DNA from: Trypanosoma brucei
Lineage: Eukaryota
NCBI GenBank assembly: GCA_000002445.1
Contig: CM000207.1
Coordinates: forward strand, 992,001 to 1,056,000
Reading direction: 5' to 3'
Length of the DNA: 64,000 bases
Positions within the stretch are counted from its first letter, which is position 1. The number at the start of each line of letters is the position of its first letter. Below, in pieces: positions 1 through 10,742 of the stretch. Both the position numbers and the translations under genes were made by a program. A model generated the notes under the pieces. That model worked only from the letters and a program-made list of their open reading frames with translations, was not told where the DNA came from and made no database searches.

Positions 1-204
1 TATCTAATTCACAAACAATGCGTCACCTTGAGGTGGCTGTTCACTACGAACTTTGTTACGCTTGGTTCCTCAATTTTTGGGTTGGACTCACCACTCATTG
101 TGATCGGCTACGTTGTGGTACCCGGTTTATTGACTCTCTGCCTCTAGTGGCACATTATTAACTGTACATGCCACCGTGCTTTTCGCCCTTATTTGCTCCC
201 TTTA

Positions 205-245
205 CGGTGGCCAATTTATATTTAACTTCTTCTTCATTTTGAGTG
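205..245 (+). promoter_or_regulatory. Polypyrimidine tract followed by an AG; candidate spliced-leader acceptor region upstream of transporter copy 1. Equivalent elements lie at about 2223-2263 and 4218-4258.
   Basis: The run ttaacttcttcttcattttgAG lies immediately 5' of the long pyrimidine-rich leader that precedes the ATG at 357. This is typical kinetoplastid trans-splicing signal architecture. Confidence 0.4.
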
Positions 246-356
246 CCTTATTTGCTGTCATCACTCTTTAATTTTATATTTGGGCTGATTCTTATAACCT
301 TGTCACTACTATTTATACATACCCTTGTATCTTACGTTAGATCACACTTCTTACCT

Positions 357-1796
357 ATGAGCAGCACAGACAATGATATCGTTGAGGAGCCCCGCAGTTT
401 CCGGAAGGAATTAGAGAACAGTAACGTTAGGGGTGTGTTGTTGTTTGTATTCATTGATGGTGCTGCGTCCTCCATATGGTCTTCCCAACCGTACCAGGTG
501 ATGGTCAGTCGCCTTGCAGGTGATACTGCAGTTGGTTGGGTATCCGCTGCCGCTGGAGTCGCACAAATCGTTGGCGCATTGATAGCTGGTGGTGTTCGCA
601 ATGTGCCCCGTCAAGTCATCTGCCGCCTCAGCGCCTTTTGTGGTTTGGTTGCTGTGATCATGTCAGTTTATGGTATTACAACCCAAGATATAATGATATA
701 TTACTTTGCTTCTGCGCTGTGGGGCATGTATGGAGGGATGGCGTTCACGGGGACTGAAGCGCTGTTTGCTGACAGTGTTGAATCAGGAAAGCGCGGCTTC
801 GTGTACAACCTGAAGTGGATCAATGAAACAACAAGCTCATGCGTTGGCTCCCTTATCCTGCTTATCATGACACTCTACCTTGGAAACGACTGGGATACAA
901 ATGTCTTGAAGATTCTCATGTATACCGGTCTTGCCGTTCACCCCACCGCTTTCTTTGCTTTACTCGGCATGAAAGACAAAAACATTCTCCACGTTGATGA
1001 TGGGTGTGAAGATTGCGAGCAATCCGCATCGGAAGCAAGCCAACGTCGACTGACTGATGGTGACTCATCAACCAAACCTTTACTGGGAGGAACTAAGGAT
1101 ATAATCGAAGAGGACGGCTGGGATGAAGAATCTGAGGAAGAGGAAAGAAATTGCTGTGACTACCTCTGTACTGGGGTCACATCCTCCTGGCAATGGCTCT
1201 TCACTGTGTCAGCTTTACCGTTTTTGCTTAGTCTATCTGACCTTCTGATAGCTACGGGTTCAGGTATCACGTTACAATATATATCTTTGTACTTCATTGA
1301 AAAACGTCACGTAACTCCTATTATGTTTTTCATTACAAACATTGCCTCCAATATCTGTATCGCGCTTTCTTCTACGATGGTGCGTTATCTCAGCGAGCAT
1401 CACCTTGATCGTGTGAGTGCCACCATACTCGTACGCACACTTAGTGCATCACTGTTGCTAACAATGGGTGTGATTGAACTTCCTCTTGTTGCGCTTCTAC
1501 CGATATATGTTTGCCGTAATGCTTTAATGAATTCCACCGCGGGAGTTACACGCAGTATCATTATGGACTGCGCTCGCAGGGAGAACCGTGCGATGTGGGC
1601 TGCATTCGAGTGTTTTGTTTCTTTCATGTGGTCGGCAAGTTCTGTAATGGGCGGATACATTGCTAGTGCGAAGGGATATAAGTATACATTTGTCATCACT
1701 GCCCTAATTCACTTTATTGCTATGTTTGTATTGGTGCCGGCCATATCTGGTGTGCGGCAGTTGGACAGACACGCAAAAGCGAAATCACGAACTTGA
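357..1796 (+). CDS. Major-facilitator-superfamily-like 12-TM transporter, array copy 1 (type I). CDS trimmed to first ATG (MSSTDND...).
   Basis: 479-aa product with about 12 hydrophobic helices and an acidic Cys-rich central loop (DDGCEDCEQSASE...EEDGWDEESEEEERNCC) between helices 6 and 7, which is MFS architecture. The ORF-track start at 243 is a GTG inside the pyrimidine-rich 5' leader. Confidence 0.8.
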   Translation: MSSTDNDIVEEPRSFRKELENSNVRGVLLFVFIDGAASSIWSSQPYQVMVSRLAGDTAVGWVSAAAGVAQIVGALIAGGVRNVPRQVICRLSAFCGLVAVIMSVYGITTQDIMIYYFASALWGMYGGMAFTGTEALFADSVESGKRGFVYNLKWINETTSSCVGSLILLIMTLYLGNDWDTNVLKILMYTGLAVHPTAFFALLGMKDKNILHVDDGCEDCEQSASEASQRRLTDGDSSTKPLLGGTKDIIEEDGWDEESEEEERNCCDYLCTGVTSSWQWLFTVSALPFLLSLSDLLIATGSGITLQYISLYFIEKRHVTPIMFFITNIASNICIALSSTMVRYLSEHHLDRVSATILVRTLSASLLLTMGVIELPLVALLPIYVCRNALMNSTAGVTRSIIMDCARRENRAMWAAFECFVSFMWSASSVMGGYIASAKGYKYTFVITALIHFIAMFVLVPAISGVRQLDRHAKAKSRT

Positions 1797-2374
1797 GTGG
1801 CATTGGTGAGGGAATGTTGTTTGTTGCTTTGTTGGTGTCGTGTCTGCAACTCATATTTGGGAATGCGTGGGATCAGGAGCGATTGCCATGGGTCTTTGCT
1901 TTGGAAAAGATCTCTTTTTTTTTTGTTGATTGCTTACTTGTACTACGTGTTGGTAGAACGGGCGCTTACGGGACTACATGCACTACTCCATATTTACCGC
2001 TGTTGGGTTTGCACAGGGAAATTAGTTTCGTGTCCCTCTCTTTCATTTTTAATTTTTTTTTACATCAACTTTGTTACGCTTGGTTCCTCAATTTTTGGGT
2101 TGGACTCACCACTCATTGTGATCGGCTACGTTGTGGTACCCGGTTTATTGACTCTCTGCCTCTAGTGGCACATTATTAACTGTACATGCCACCGTGCTTT
2201 TCGCCCTTATTTGCTCCCTTTACGGTGGCCAATTTATATTTAACTTCTTCTTCATTTTGAGTGCCTTATTTGCTGTCATCACTCTTTAATTTTATATTTG
2301 GGCTGATTCTTATAACCTTGTCACTACTATTTATACATACCCTTGTATCTTACGTTAGATCACACTTCTTACCT

Positions 2375-3787
2375 ATGAGCAGCACAGACAATGATATCGT
2401 TGAGGAGCCCCGCAGTTTCCGGAAGGAATTAGAGAACAGTAACGTTCGAAATGTGTTGTTGTTTGCATTCCTTAATGGTGCTGCGTCCTCCATATGGTCT
2501 TCCCAACCGTACCAGGTGATGGTCAGTCGCCTTGCAGGTGATACTGCAGTTGGTTGGGTATCCGCTGCCTCGGGGACCACCCAAAGTATTAGCGCATTGA
2601 TAGCTGGTGGTGTTCGCAATGTGCCCCGTCAAGTCATCTGCCGCCTCAGCGCCTTTTGTGGTTTGGTTGCTGTGATCATGTCAGTTTATGGTATTACAAC
2701 CCAAGATATCACTGTCATTCTTCTTGCTTCTGCGCTGTGGGGCATGTATGGAGGGATGGCGTTCACGGGGACTGAAGCGCTGTTTGCTGACAGTGTTGAA
2801 TCAGGAAAGCGCGGCTTCGTGTACAACCTGAAGTGGATCAATGAAACAACAAGCTCATGCGTTGGCTCCCTTATCCTGCTTATCATGACACTCTACCTTG
2901 GAAACGACTGGGATACAAATGTCTTGAAGATTCTCATGTATACCGGTCTTGCCGTTCACCCCACCGCTTTCTTTGCTTTACTCGGCATGAAAGACAAAAA
3001 CATTCTCCACGTTGATGATGGGTGTGAAGATTGCGAGCAATCCGCATCGGAAGCAAGCCAACGTCGACTGACTGATGGTGACTCATCAACCAAACCTTTA
3101 CTGGGAGGAACTAAGGATACAATCGAAGAGGAGAATGAGTCAAAAAAGTATCGTAAGTGCCTCTGTGGTCGGATAGCCTCCTTCTGGCAATGGCTCTTCA
3201 CTGTGTCAGCTTTACCGTATTTGGTTGCTGCAACCAATTTGATTGCTTTTATTGGTTCAGGAATGACAATGCAATACATTTCCCTTTATTTTATAAAAGA
3301 ACGTCATGTAACTCCTATTATGTTTTTCATTACAAACATTGCCTCCAATATCTGTATCGCGCTTTCTTCTACGATGGTGCGTTATCTCAGCGAGCATCAC
3401 CTTGATCGTGTGAGTGCCACCATACTCGTACGCACACTTAGTGCATCACTGTTGCTAACAATGGGTGTGATTGAACTTCCTCTTGTTGCGCTTCTACCGA
3501 TATATGTTTGCCGTAATGCTTTAATGAATTCCACCGCGGGAGTTACACGCAGTATCATTATGGACTGCGCTCGCAGGGAGAACCGTGCGATGTGGGCTGC
3601 ATTCGAGTGTTTTGTTTCTTTCATGTGGTCGGCAAGTTCTGTAATGGGCGGATACATTGCTAGTGCGAAGGGATATAAGTATACATTTGTCATCACTGCC
3701 CTAATTCACTTTATTGCTATGTTTGTATTGGTGCCGGCCATATCTGGTGTGCGGCAGTTGGATAGGCGCGGCAAGGTTTTGCGGTAA
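2375..3787 (+). CDS. MFS-like transporter, array copy 2 (type II, 470 aa; divergent patches and a different C-terminus ...QLDRRGKVLR).
   Basis: Same architecture as copy 1. It differs in discrete patches (NVLLFAFLNG, SGTTQSIS, ITVILLAS, loop TIEEENESKKYRKCLCGRIASF, LVAATNLIAFIGSGMTM) and in the last 8 codons. Confidence 0.8.
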   Translation: MSSTDNDIVEEPRSFRKELENSNVRNVLLFAFLNGAASSIWSSQPYQVMVSRLAGDTAVGWVSAASGTTQSISALIAGGVRNVPRQVICRLSAFCGLVAVIMSVYGITTQDITVILLASALWGMYGGMAFTGTEALFADSVESGKRGFVYNLKWINETTSSCVGSLILLIMTLYLGNDWDTNVLKILMYTGLAVHPTAFFALLGMKDKNILHVDDGCEDCEQSASEASQRRLTDGDSSTKPLLGGTKDTIEEENESKKYRKCLCGRIASFWQWLFTVSALPYLVAATNLIAFIGSGMTMQYISLYFIKERHVTPIMFFITNIASNICIALSSTMVRYLSEHHLDRVSATILVRTLSASLLLTMGVIELPLVALLPIYVCRNALMNSTAGVTRSIIMDCARRENRAMWAAFECFVSFMWSASSVMGGYIASAKGYKYTFVITALIHFIAMFVLVPAISGVRQLDRRGKVLR

Positions 3788-3980
3788 TTGAGTTTGTGTT
3801 GTTGGGATGGTTCAGTATTCTGCTGACCATTTGCTGTACGTTTGTGTTTTTGTCGACATAGTTTTTCGTTATGTGTAGTTTGCTGCAGGTTAGGAAGTTG
3901 AGTCATCTAGGAGAGCACGCATTTTGCCCGTATGTGGAATTGGTATCTTAATTGAGAATATAACGTCTCCAGTTGTGGGA

Positions 3981-4003
3981 TATATATATATATGTATATA
4001 TAT
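3981..4003. repeat. (TA)n microsatellite in the type-B spacer.
   Basis: tatatatatatatgtatatatat. Confidence 0.9.
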
Positions 4004-4369
4004 TCTACATGCATATCTAATTCACAAACAATGCGTCACCTTGAGGTGGCTGTTCACTACGAACTTTGTTACGCTTGGTTCCTCAATTTTTGGGTTGGAC
4101 TCACCACTCATTGTGATCGGCTACGTTGTGGTACCCGGTTTATTGACTCTCTGCCTCTAGTGGCACATTATTAACTGTACATGCCACCGTGCTTTTCGCC
4201 CTTATTTGCTCCCTTTACGGTGGCCAATTTATATTTAACTTCTTCTTCATTTTGAGTGCCTTATTTGCTGTCATCACTCTTTAATTTTATATTTGGGCTG
4301 ATTCTTATAACCTTGTCACTACTATTTATACATACCCTTGTATCTTACGTTAGATCACACTTCTTACCT

Positions 4370-5809
4370 ATGAGCAGCACAGACAATGATATCGTTGAGG
4401 AGCCCCGCAGTTTCCGGAAGGAATTAGAGAACAGTAACGTTAGGGGTGTGTTGTTGTTTGTATTCATTGATGGTGCTGCGTCCTCCATATGGTCTTCCCA
4501 ACCGTACCAGGTGATGGTCAGTCGCCTTGCAGGTGATACTGCAGTTGGTTGGGTATCCGCTGCCGCTGGAGTCGCACAAATCGTTGGCGCATTGATAGCT
4601 GGTGGTGTTCGCAATGTGCCCCGTCAAGTCATCTGCCGCCTCAGCGCCTTTTGTGGTTTGGTTGCTGTGATCATGTCAGTTTATGGTATTACAACCCAAG
4701 ATATAATGATATATTACTTTGCTTCTGCGCTGTGGGGCATGTATGGAGGGATGGCGTTCACGGGGACTGAAGCGCTGTTTGCTGACAGTGTTGAATCAGG
4801 AAAGCGCGGCTTCGTGTACAACCTGAAGTGGATCAATGAAACAACAAGCTCATGCGTTGGCTCCCTTATCCTGCTTATCATGACACTCTACCTTGGAAAC
4901 GACTGGGATACAAATGTCTTGAAGATTCTCATGTATACCGGTCTTGCCGTTCACCCCACCGCTTTCTTTGCTTTACTCGGCATGAAAGACAAAAACATTC
5001 TCCACGTTGATGATGGGTGTGAAGATTGCGAGCAATCCGCATCGGAAGCAAGCCAACGTCGACTGACTGATGGTGACTCATCAACCAAACCTTTACTGGG
5101 AGGAACTAAGGATATAATCGAAGAGGACGGCTGGGATGAAGAATCTGAGGAAGAGGAAAGAAATTGCTGTGACTACCTCTGTACTGGGGTCACATCCTCC
5201 TGGCAATGGCTCTTCACTGTGTCAGCTTTACCGTTTTTGCTCGCTTTGGGTAATTTGCTTATTTCCGTTGGCTCTGGAGTCACAATGCAATACATTTCCC
5301 TTTATTTTATAAAAGAACGTCACGTAACTCCTATTATGTTTTTCATTACAAACATTGCTGTCAATATCTGTATCGCGCTTTCTTCCACGATGGTGCGTTA
5401 TCTCAGCGAGCATCACCTTGATCGTGTGAGTGCCACCATACTCGTACGCACACTTAGTGCGTTTTTCATGCTAACAATGGGTGTGATTGAACTTCCTCTT
5501 GTTGCGCTTCTACCGATATATGTTTGCCGTAATGCTTTAATGAATTCCACCGCGGGAGTTACACGCAGTATCATTATGGACTGCGCTCGCAGGGAGAACC
5601 GTGCGATGTGGGCTGCATTCGAGTGTTTTGTTTCTTTCATGTGGTCGGCAAGTTCTGTAATGGGCGGATACATTGCTAGTGCGAAGGGATATAAGTATAC
5701 ATTTGTCATCACTGCCCTAATTCACTTTATTGCTATGTTTGTATTGGTGCCGGCCATATCTGGTGTGCGGCAGTTGGACAGACACGCAAAAGCGAAATCA
5801 CGAACTTGA
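4370..5809 (+). CDS. MFS-like transporter, array copy 3 (mosaic: 5' two-thirds identical to copy 1, internal patch shared with copy 2, 3' end like copy 1).
   Basis: Identical to copy 1 through about aa 290. It then reads LLALGNLLISVGSGVTMQYISLYFIKERHV (the TMQYISLYFIKERHV stretch matches copy 2), AVNICIAL and SAFFMLTM, and ends HAKAKSRT like copy 1. Confidence 0.8.
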   Translation: MSSTDNDIVEEPRSFRKELENSNVRGVLLFVFIDGAASSIWSSQPYQVMVSRLAGDTAVGWVSAAAGVAQIVGALIAGGVRNVPRQVICRLSAFCGLVAVIMSVYGITTQDIMIYYFASALWGMYGGMAFTGTEALFADSVESGKRGFVYNLKWINETTSSCVGSLILLIMTLYLGNDWDTNVLKILMYTGLAVHPTAFFALLGMKDKNILHVDDGCEDCEQSASEASQRRLTDGDSSTKPLLGGTKDIIEEDGWDEESEEEERNCCDYLCTGVTSSWQWLFTVSALPFLLALGNLLISVGSGVTMQYISLYFIKERHVTPIMFFITNIAVNICIALSSTMVRYLSEHHLDRVSATILVRTLSAFFMLTMGVIELPLVALLPIYVCRNALMNSTAGVTRSIIMDCARRENRAMWAAFECFVSFMWSASSVMGGYIASAKGYKYTFVITALIHFIAMFVLVPAISGVRQLDRHAKAKSRT

Positions 5810-6447
5810 GTGGCATTGGTGAGGGAATGTTGTTTGTTGCTTTGTTGGTGTCGTATCTGCAACTCATATTTGGGAATGCGTGGGATCAGGAGCGATTGCC
5901 ATGGGTCTTTGCTTTGGAAAAGATCTCTTTTTTTTTTTGTTGATTGCTTACTTGTACTACGTGTTGGTAGAACGGGCGCTTACGGGACTACATGCACTAC
6001 TCAATATTCACCATTGGTAAGTTCCTTGGTCAGTGCCTGTTATTTTCAAATCTTTTTTTCTTTTTTTCGTTTTTCAATGGGCGTAATAAGTAGACGGTAA
6101 CATTCATCCTTGTATTATCTGTGAGTGCCTGTCTGGCGTGTGTGGCCTCCATTTGGTTGAATAATTGTAGGTTCCCTTCTATGTGTCGCTGGCGTTTGCC
6201 ACTGATTTTATTACCCTTTTCCGCTCTTATCTGCTGTTGCGGCCGTTATACCTCTGCTCCCAGTACCCTATTTTTCTTGGTGGGGGAAGCCGTTGTATTG
6301 GCGTGATGCATTATATATGCAGATGCACTGTCTAATCTCCGCGTTTTGTCCTTTCTGTGTTGTCCCTGTCCATGCTTAGTTGGTTTTCCTCCTGGCTCTC
6401 CTTTGTTATCCGTCGTTCAATTTTAATAGGCGTTTCTGCATTCTTTG

Positions 6448-7071
6448 ATGTCATGTGGGAAGCCCACGGACAATAACTCCAGGCTTGGTGGCGGTTGCGA
6501 TGAAGGTGCCCCCGATTTTTCCTCACAGCAAGTAACGGATAGGCATTTGCATGGCTACATCGCTATGGCGCTGCCTCTTGTTCATGTTCTGCGGGAGCAA
6601 CACACGTTGCGTGCCGAGGCAATTGCTCGCCAAATTACGGAGAAGTGGGGTGGTGAAGCAACTGCCGTGGAAAACTTGTTAAAACTTTTGGAGGAATACA
6701 ATGCGGAAACGGGTAACAATGTTGATGATACTTCCAGTCGTAGCACTAACTCGAGCCGGCAAGGTAGCACAGATGATGATGATTCCTTAAGCGAAGACTG
6801 TGAAGATGCGTACTCGGGTGACGAGTGTAATGGAAGTACCCTGCAAACCCTACATGATGTTGTTGAGCGTGTGCGATCATTGGAGCCTTATACACATTCT
6901 ATTCCTGAGGCTGTTCGCGAACCATCAACTGTTGCCGAGGCCGCAGAACCGCCGGTATTGCACGGAGATGACGGAGAGGAGTGTGAAGAGGAGAGACGAC
7001 TATTAGAAGACATAGACCGCGCTGTGAAGCGAGAAATGGATAGATTGTCGATAATCAGGAAACATCGGTGA
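6448..7071 (+). CDS. Hypothetical acidic protein of about 207 aa (D/E/S-rich: DDDDSLSEDCEDAYSGDE).
   Basis: ORF on the sense strand of the transcription unit, in a 2-kb gap between genes. Reading from the first ATG after a TTG start. No recognisable domain. Confidence 0.35.
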   Translation: MSCGKPTDNNSRLGGGCDEGAPDFSSQQVTDRHLHGYIAMALPLVHVLREQHTLRAEAIARQITEKWGGEATAVENLLKLLEEYNAETGNNVDDTSSRSTNSSRQGSTDDDDSLSEDCEDAYSGDECNGSTLQTLHDVVERVRSLEPYTHSIPEAVREPSTVAEAAEPPVLHGDDGEECEEERRLLEDIDRAVKREMDRLSIIRKHR

Positions 7072-7803
7072 GGAACATGTACAGGCGTCAAAGGGTTATG
7101 CATATAATAGTTATGTTAGGGGGCTGTGTACGATCAACAAACTTATGCTCATCAGGAGAGGATAGTGAAATCGTTTGTGGAAACCGACTGCAACCTACGG
7201 AACCCACTGGCGGACGCAGAAGGGAGTTGTATGTGCGATGCTGAGCCGCGCGTTTCTCATCTTTCCACATATTTTTAAAGAGAATATATACGATATGATG
7301 ACGTTGCTTTTCTCGTCGGTCCCATAGCTTTGTGATATCAAACCATGTTTCATTTCCCAGAGATGCTGATGGTGAAGTGGCCGCGAACAGCAAAGAAGCG
7401 TGAGTGGCGTGTGCTGATCGGCGGGTAATGGCCCAGACATGGTCTGCCTCCAGCCATGCACTGTTTATTGGATCATGCAACCCACTATCCTGCCGATTTT
7501 ATTAAATTTCGTGCATCTGTCTGCCGTTGCTGTCACAAGCACCCATATTTACCCTACCTCTGTTCTACCTTACCAGTGGCGAAATACTAGCTAAACCTGC
7601 GCTAAGGGGGGGGAATTGGGCACCACAGTTCTCACCTCCGCGACCTCACCGTGCGTGGGGTGGGTGAACGGCGGTTGTACCCGGCTTCTCTACCCGTAGC
7701 GAAAAGGCAAGGAAAAGGGAGGGTAAAGACGGGGGGACTGCGCAGTGAGGTAGCAACCAAACGACTGAGGTGAAAACGAGTTCAACAGAATTACACCAAA
7801 GAG

Positions 7804-9816
7804 ATGATTCTCCGGGGACGGTTAAGCGCTGCCCTAATACTTTCTAGTTACAGGACGGTAGTGACACCAATCGCTCCACCACACTACGTTCGTCGTCGAA
7901 TACGGGAAAGTATGGTTCGCCATGTTCTAACCGCAGCACAACCTTTGACAGTGAGTGATCTCATAGATCTTGTGCGAGGAACTTGTGATGTTGAAGGTTA
8001 CGCGTCAGCCCACCGTGAAGAACTAGGTGACGCCAGTTTTCCGAATTCATCATCTGATGAGCAACCCCCAACGCACGCGGTCGGGACAGAGAAAGAGAGG
8101 CAAGTTAGACATCTCACCAACTTTCTGGTAGCCAACACTCCCGAACAGGGTGACACTTCGTCATCATCATATAAGAAGCAATCAAACTACTTGATAGAAT
8201 CAACGGTTCGACTTCTGCTCGCCGTTGACCCCCAGTTTCGCGTTTCGGTGGGAGGGTATGTGTGCTACCCCAATTTGCCATCGATGATCATTGCATCAAC
8301 GAATGTTGAACGTAACGAATCATGGGTGCGGTCGATGCGCTCTCTTGTGCGGGCGGAGGAGGCCGCACATAGGACTACCGTGGACTGTAATGACAACAGA
8401 ACCACACGACGTATCGTCTCTGCACGAGCAGAAGAGGGTGCGCCCTCCCGGGGGTGGAGCTATATTGTAAGTCTTTGGTGCATGTTGGATCCCCTTTCGG
8501 AAACTCCGGAGGAAAATGATGTGGGGCGAAGGGATCTCAAGCAAGATACACAATGCTCTAAAAGAAACGCGAGTCGCGGGGGGGGCTCCTTCTCCGAACA
8601 CCTTGCCGAGCTCTGGATTAAAACATATGACTCGAAGGAACTGCCCCCTCTTTTATGTGGAGGCTCACCGACGGGTGGTTGGCCTGGGGCTCGTCCTTGC
8701 GAGTTCCGTGAGTGTACTGAGGGAAACGATGCGCTTCGACGCTGGTGCGCCGAGACGCGTGAGGGATATGTGAACGACTTACTCTTGGCGAAGGCAGTTC
8801 TCGCGCCAGCGGCGAGGACGCTTTTGCAACAGGTTAATTTTCACATGGCGTATTTGTTCAACCTCATTGTAGGTGTGCCTATTACATTGGGGCGGTTGTC
8901 AGCCCTTGTGCAGTGGGAAAGCCATCCGTTTGCAATGCACTACCGCTCGTTTCTTCATTTCGTCGTTCTGTTTACTGGTTGCTCTGCAGTCCTGCAAATG
9001 GAGCGCTATGAAATGCGACGGCGAGAGGTGCAAAAACGGTGGAGAAGTTTGCTATGGGTTCAGGTGCACGAGGAGTGGGAGCGCCAGCGGCAACAGCAGC
9101 TGGTGGGCCGTTTTGCCTCGCGCACTCTCGTAGATGAGGCACACGCTAATACACGTACCGGGCAGGTTGAAGCGGCTGTGGCGAATGTAAGTGGCACTAG
9201 TGACGATTATGGTGATATAGGTGGTACTCCGAGAGTTTCTCTGGGCGCAGAGCATTACCGATTCTGGGTAACCGGCACTAGTGGCCCATCTGTGAGTCCG
9301 AAGTTTGCGGACGTGTGTCGATGTGTTTTCCTTATGCCGTCGGCGGGTATGGCACCGGTGGACGTGACAACGCGAAGTCCCTCTGAGGTGATGGACGACC
9401 TTGCGGCTATGGAGCAACGAAACGGTGAAGAAAAGGGAGGCACGGTGAATGATATCGTCGTGTTTGCTGCTACTCCCTTTGTGCTCGAGCAGCGAATATG
9501 TCGTCTTGTAAGACTGTGGTGGTTACTTGAGGGACAGCGCACATCTCAAGACCGCACGAATGATGTTGTTATTACTATACGGCGGCTCTCCCAGCTTTGT
9601 TTGTGGGAACACGAGTACGGCAATCCAGCTGCGTCACGCATGATGCTCCACTACCTTCAATCTTTCGAATATACAGAGGGCGTCATAAAGCTGGTGCCAC
9701 CACCTGAACAGTCAGTGACAAAGCCTGATAGTGTTGACACTGCCGGGCAGTGGTTGGTAGTTGTTTCTCGGGCAAAGAAGACGGGAAAGAAGAGCGCGGA
9801 AATTGATGGTTCTTGA
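7804..9816 (+). CDS. Hypothetical protein, 670 aa.
   Basis: Long ATG-initiated ORF on the + strand with no competing frame. No motif recognised. Confidence 0.6.
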   Translation: MILRGRLSAALILSSYRTVVTPIAPPHYVRRRIRESMVRHVLTAAQPLTVSDLIDLVRGTCDVEGYASAHREELGDASFPNSSSDEQPPTHAVGTEKERQVRHLTNFLVANTPEQGDTSSSSYKKQSNYLIESTVRLLLAVDPQFRVSVGGYVCYPNLPSMIIASTNVERNESWVRSMRSLVRAEEAAHRTTVDCNDNRTTRRIVSARAEEGAPSRGWSYIVSLWCMLDPLSETPEENDVGRRDLKQDTQCSKRNASRGGGSFSEHLAELWIKTYDSKELPPLLCGGSPTGGWPGARPCEFRECTEGNDALRRWCAETREGYVNDLLLAKAVLAPAARTLLQQVNFHMAYLFNLIVGVPITLGRLSALVQWESHPFAMHYRSFLHFVVLFTGCSAVLQMERYEMRRREVQKRWRSLLWVQVHEEWERQRQQQLVGRFASRTLVDEAHANTRTGQVEAAVANVSGTSDDYGDIGGTPRVSLGAEHYRFWVTGTSGPSVSPKFADVCRCVFLMPSAGMAPVDVTTRSPSEVMDDLAAMEQRNGEEKGGTVNDIVVFAATPFVLEQRICRLVRLWWLLEGQRTSQDRTNDVVITIRRLSQLCLWEHEYGNPAASRMMLHYLQSFEYTEGVIKLVPPPEQSVTKPDSVDTAGQWLVVVSRAKKTGKKSAEIDGS

Positions 9817-10742
9817 CCACAGGAGTGAGTGCGTGTCCTTTGAGAACGCAGAACGGATATCAGTCATCTGCCTATGGCGCGTCTCCCACGATTGATCGCT
9901 GTCGCACGTGTAGTTCGATGTATCACCCAGACACTCGTTTCCTCTATTTAGATTCCATGTTTCGGTGATTGCAATATGGCGGTCTTTCTTTAACCCGCCT
10001 TCCATTGTATCGCGTGACTCACGGTTCTGCAATGGCCTCCGGTTTGGATTCAATCAAGATGGTTTCTGCTTCCCGAATTGAGAGTGTGTAACGTATTTTC
10101 TAACTTTGTATGAATATATAACAGAGGAAGATATGCTACACCACCCCCACCGTTGGTTGATGTTTTGTAGCAGCGCACTTTATGCGGGGAGACCTTCTGG
10201 TATGCAGTTGTTACGTCCAGCACACTCGGGTAATGCGAAATTTTTCGTGCGTTGGAGCCAGCTTATCGTGTGTGTGCAGTGCCGCTGTACCTAACTACGG
10301 ATTGCGGTTCGGTTAAATGTGGTTGCATGCACGTGGTTACGTCCAGTGATGGGAAGCCCCATTGATTATTGCGGGTAGCAAGCGGTGAAATAGTCACCCT
10401 AGCGATTATCACTGCGCGCGTGAGCCACGTGCGCATTTGTGTTGTGCGGCATGCTTTGTCATCTTTTACTCCTCGGCAATAGTGTGAGTGACGGGCGCTA
10501 CCGCACTTGCTGTTCGTTTAAAGAGTGACAGGTACGGACGTGCGTTTTTGTGGTGTGCTGCAACACCTCTGTTATTTTCCTAAAAATAGAAGTTGTCAAC
10601 AGATGATGCAAGTGAAGTGTTCGAGGTTTCGTGTCGCCACGTAACGCTCTTCACTTCCTTCGGTTGCCAATTCCACATTCGTGCATTTGGTGTTCCTCCT
10701 TTTTAACTAGACACATCACACCCCAGGCAACAGCCTAAAAAG

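Larger units (their letters stand above)
1..6100 (+). repeat. Tandem gene array of three MFS-type transporter genes plus shared spacers. Unit is about 2.0 kb; spacer types alternate, giving a roughly 4-kb higher-order unit.
   Basis: Positions 1-242 match 4017-4255 almost exactly. The ORFs at 243-1796, 2261-3787 and 4256-5809 are more than 90% identical. 1797-2000 matches 5810-6010. Spacer 1797-2260 (type A) differs from spacer 3788-4255 (type B) in its 5' half. Confidence 0.9.

Noticed and set aside
243-356. ORF-track N-terminal extensions (243, 2261, 4256, 15137, 16218, 23280, 25858, 47580, 62153) beginning with GTG/TTG and encoding F/L/I-rich leaders.
   Set aside because: The first codons are GTG or TTG, which are not eukaryotic starts. 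The extensions are translations of the pyrimidine-rich 5' leader or spacer. CDSs were trimmed to the first in-frame ATG.
332-1699. Minus-strand ORFs inside each transporter copy (332-601, 411-614, 1400-1699 and their equivalents in copies 2 and 3) and the + ORF 536-757.
   Set aside because: They are antisense or off-frame to a clearly coding 12-TM gene. They recur only because the unit is repeated, and they contradict the uniform + strand polarity of the cluster.
1793-2179. ORFs 1793-2179, 1797-2165, 3924-4174 and 5810-6100 in the inter-copy spacers.
   Set aside because: They start at non-ATG or sit in repeated spacer DNA with polypyrimidine tracts. They are duplicated as part of the spacer and show no coding-like composition.
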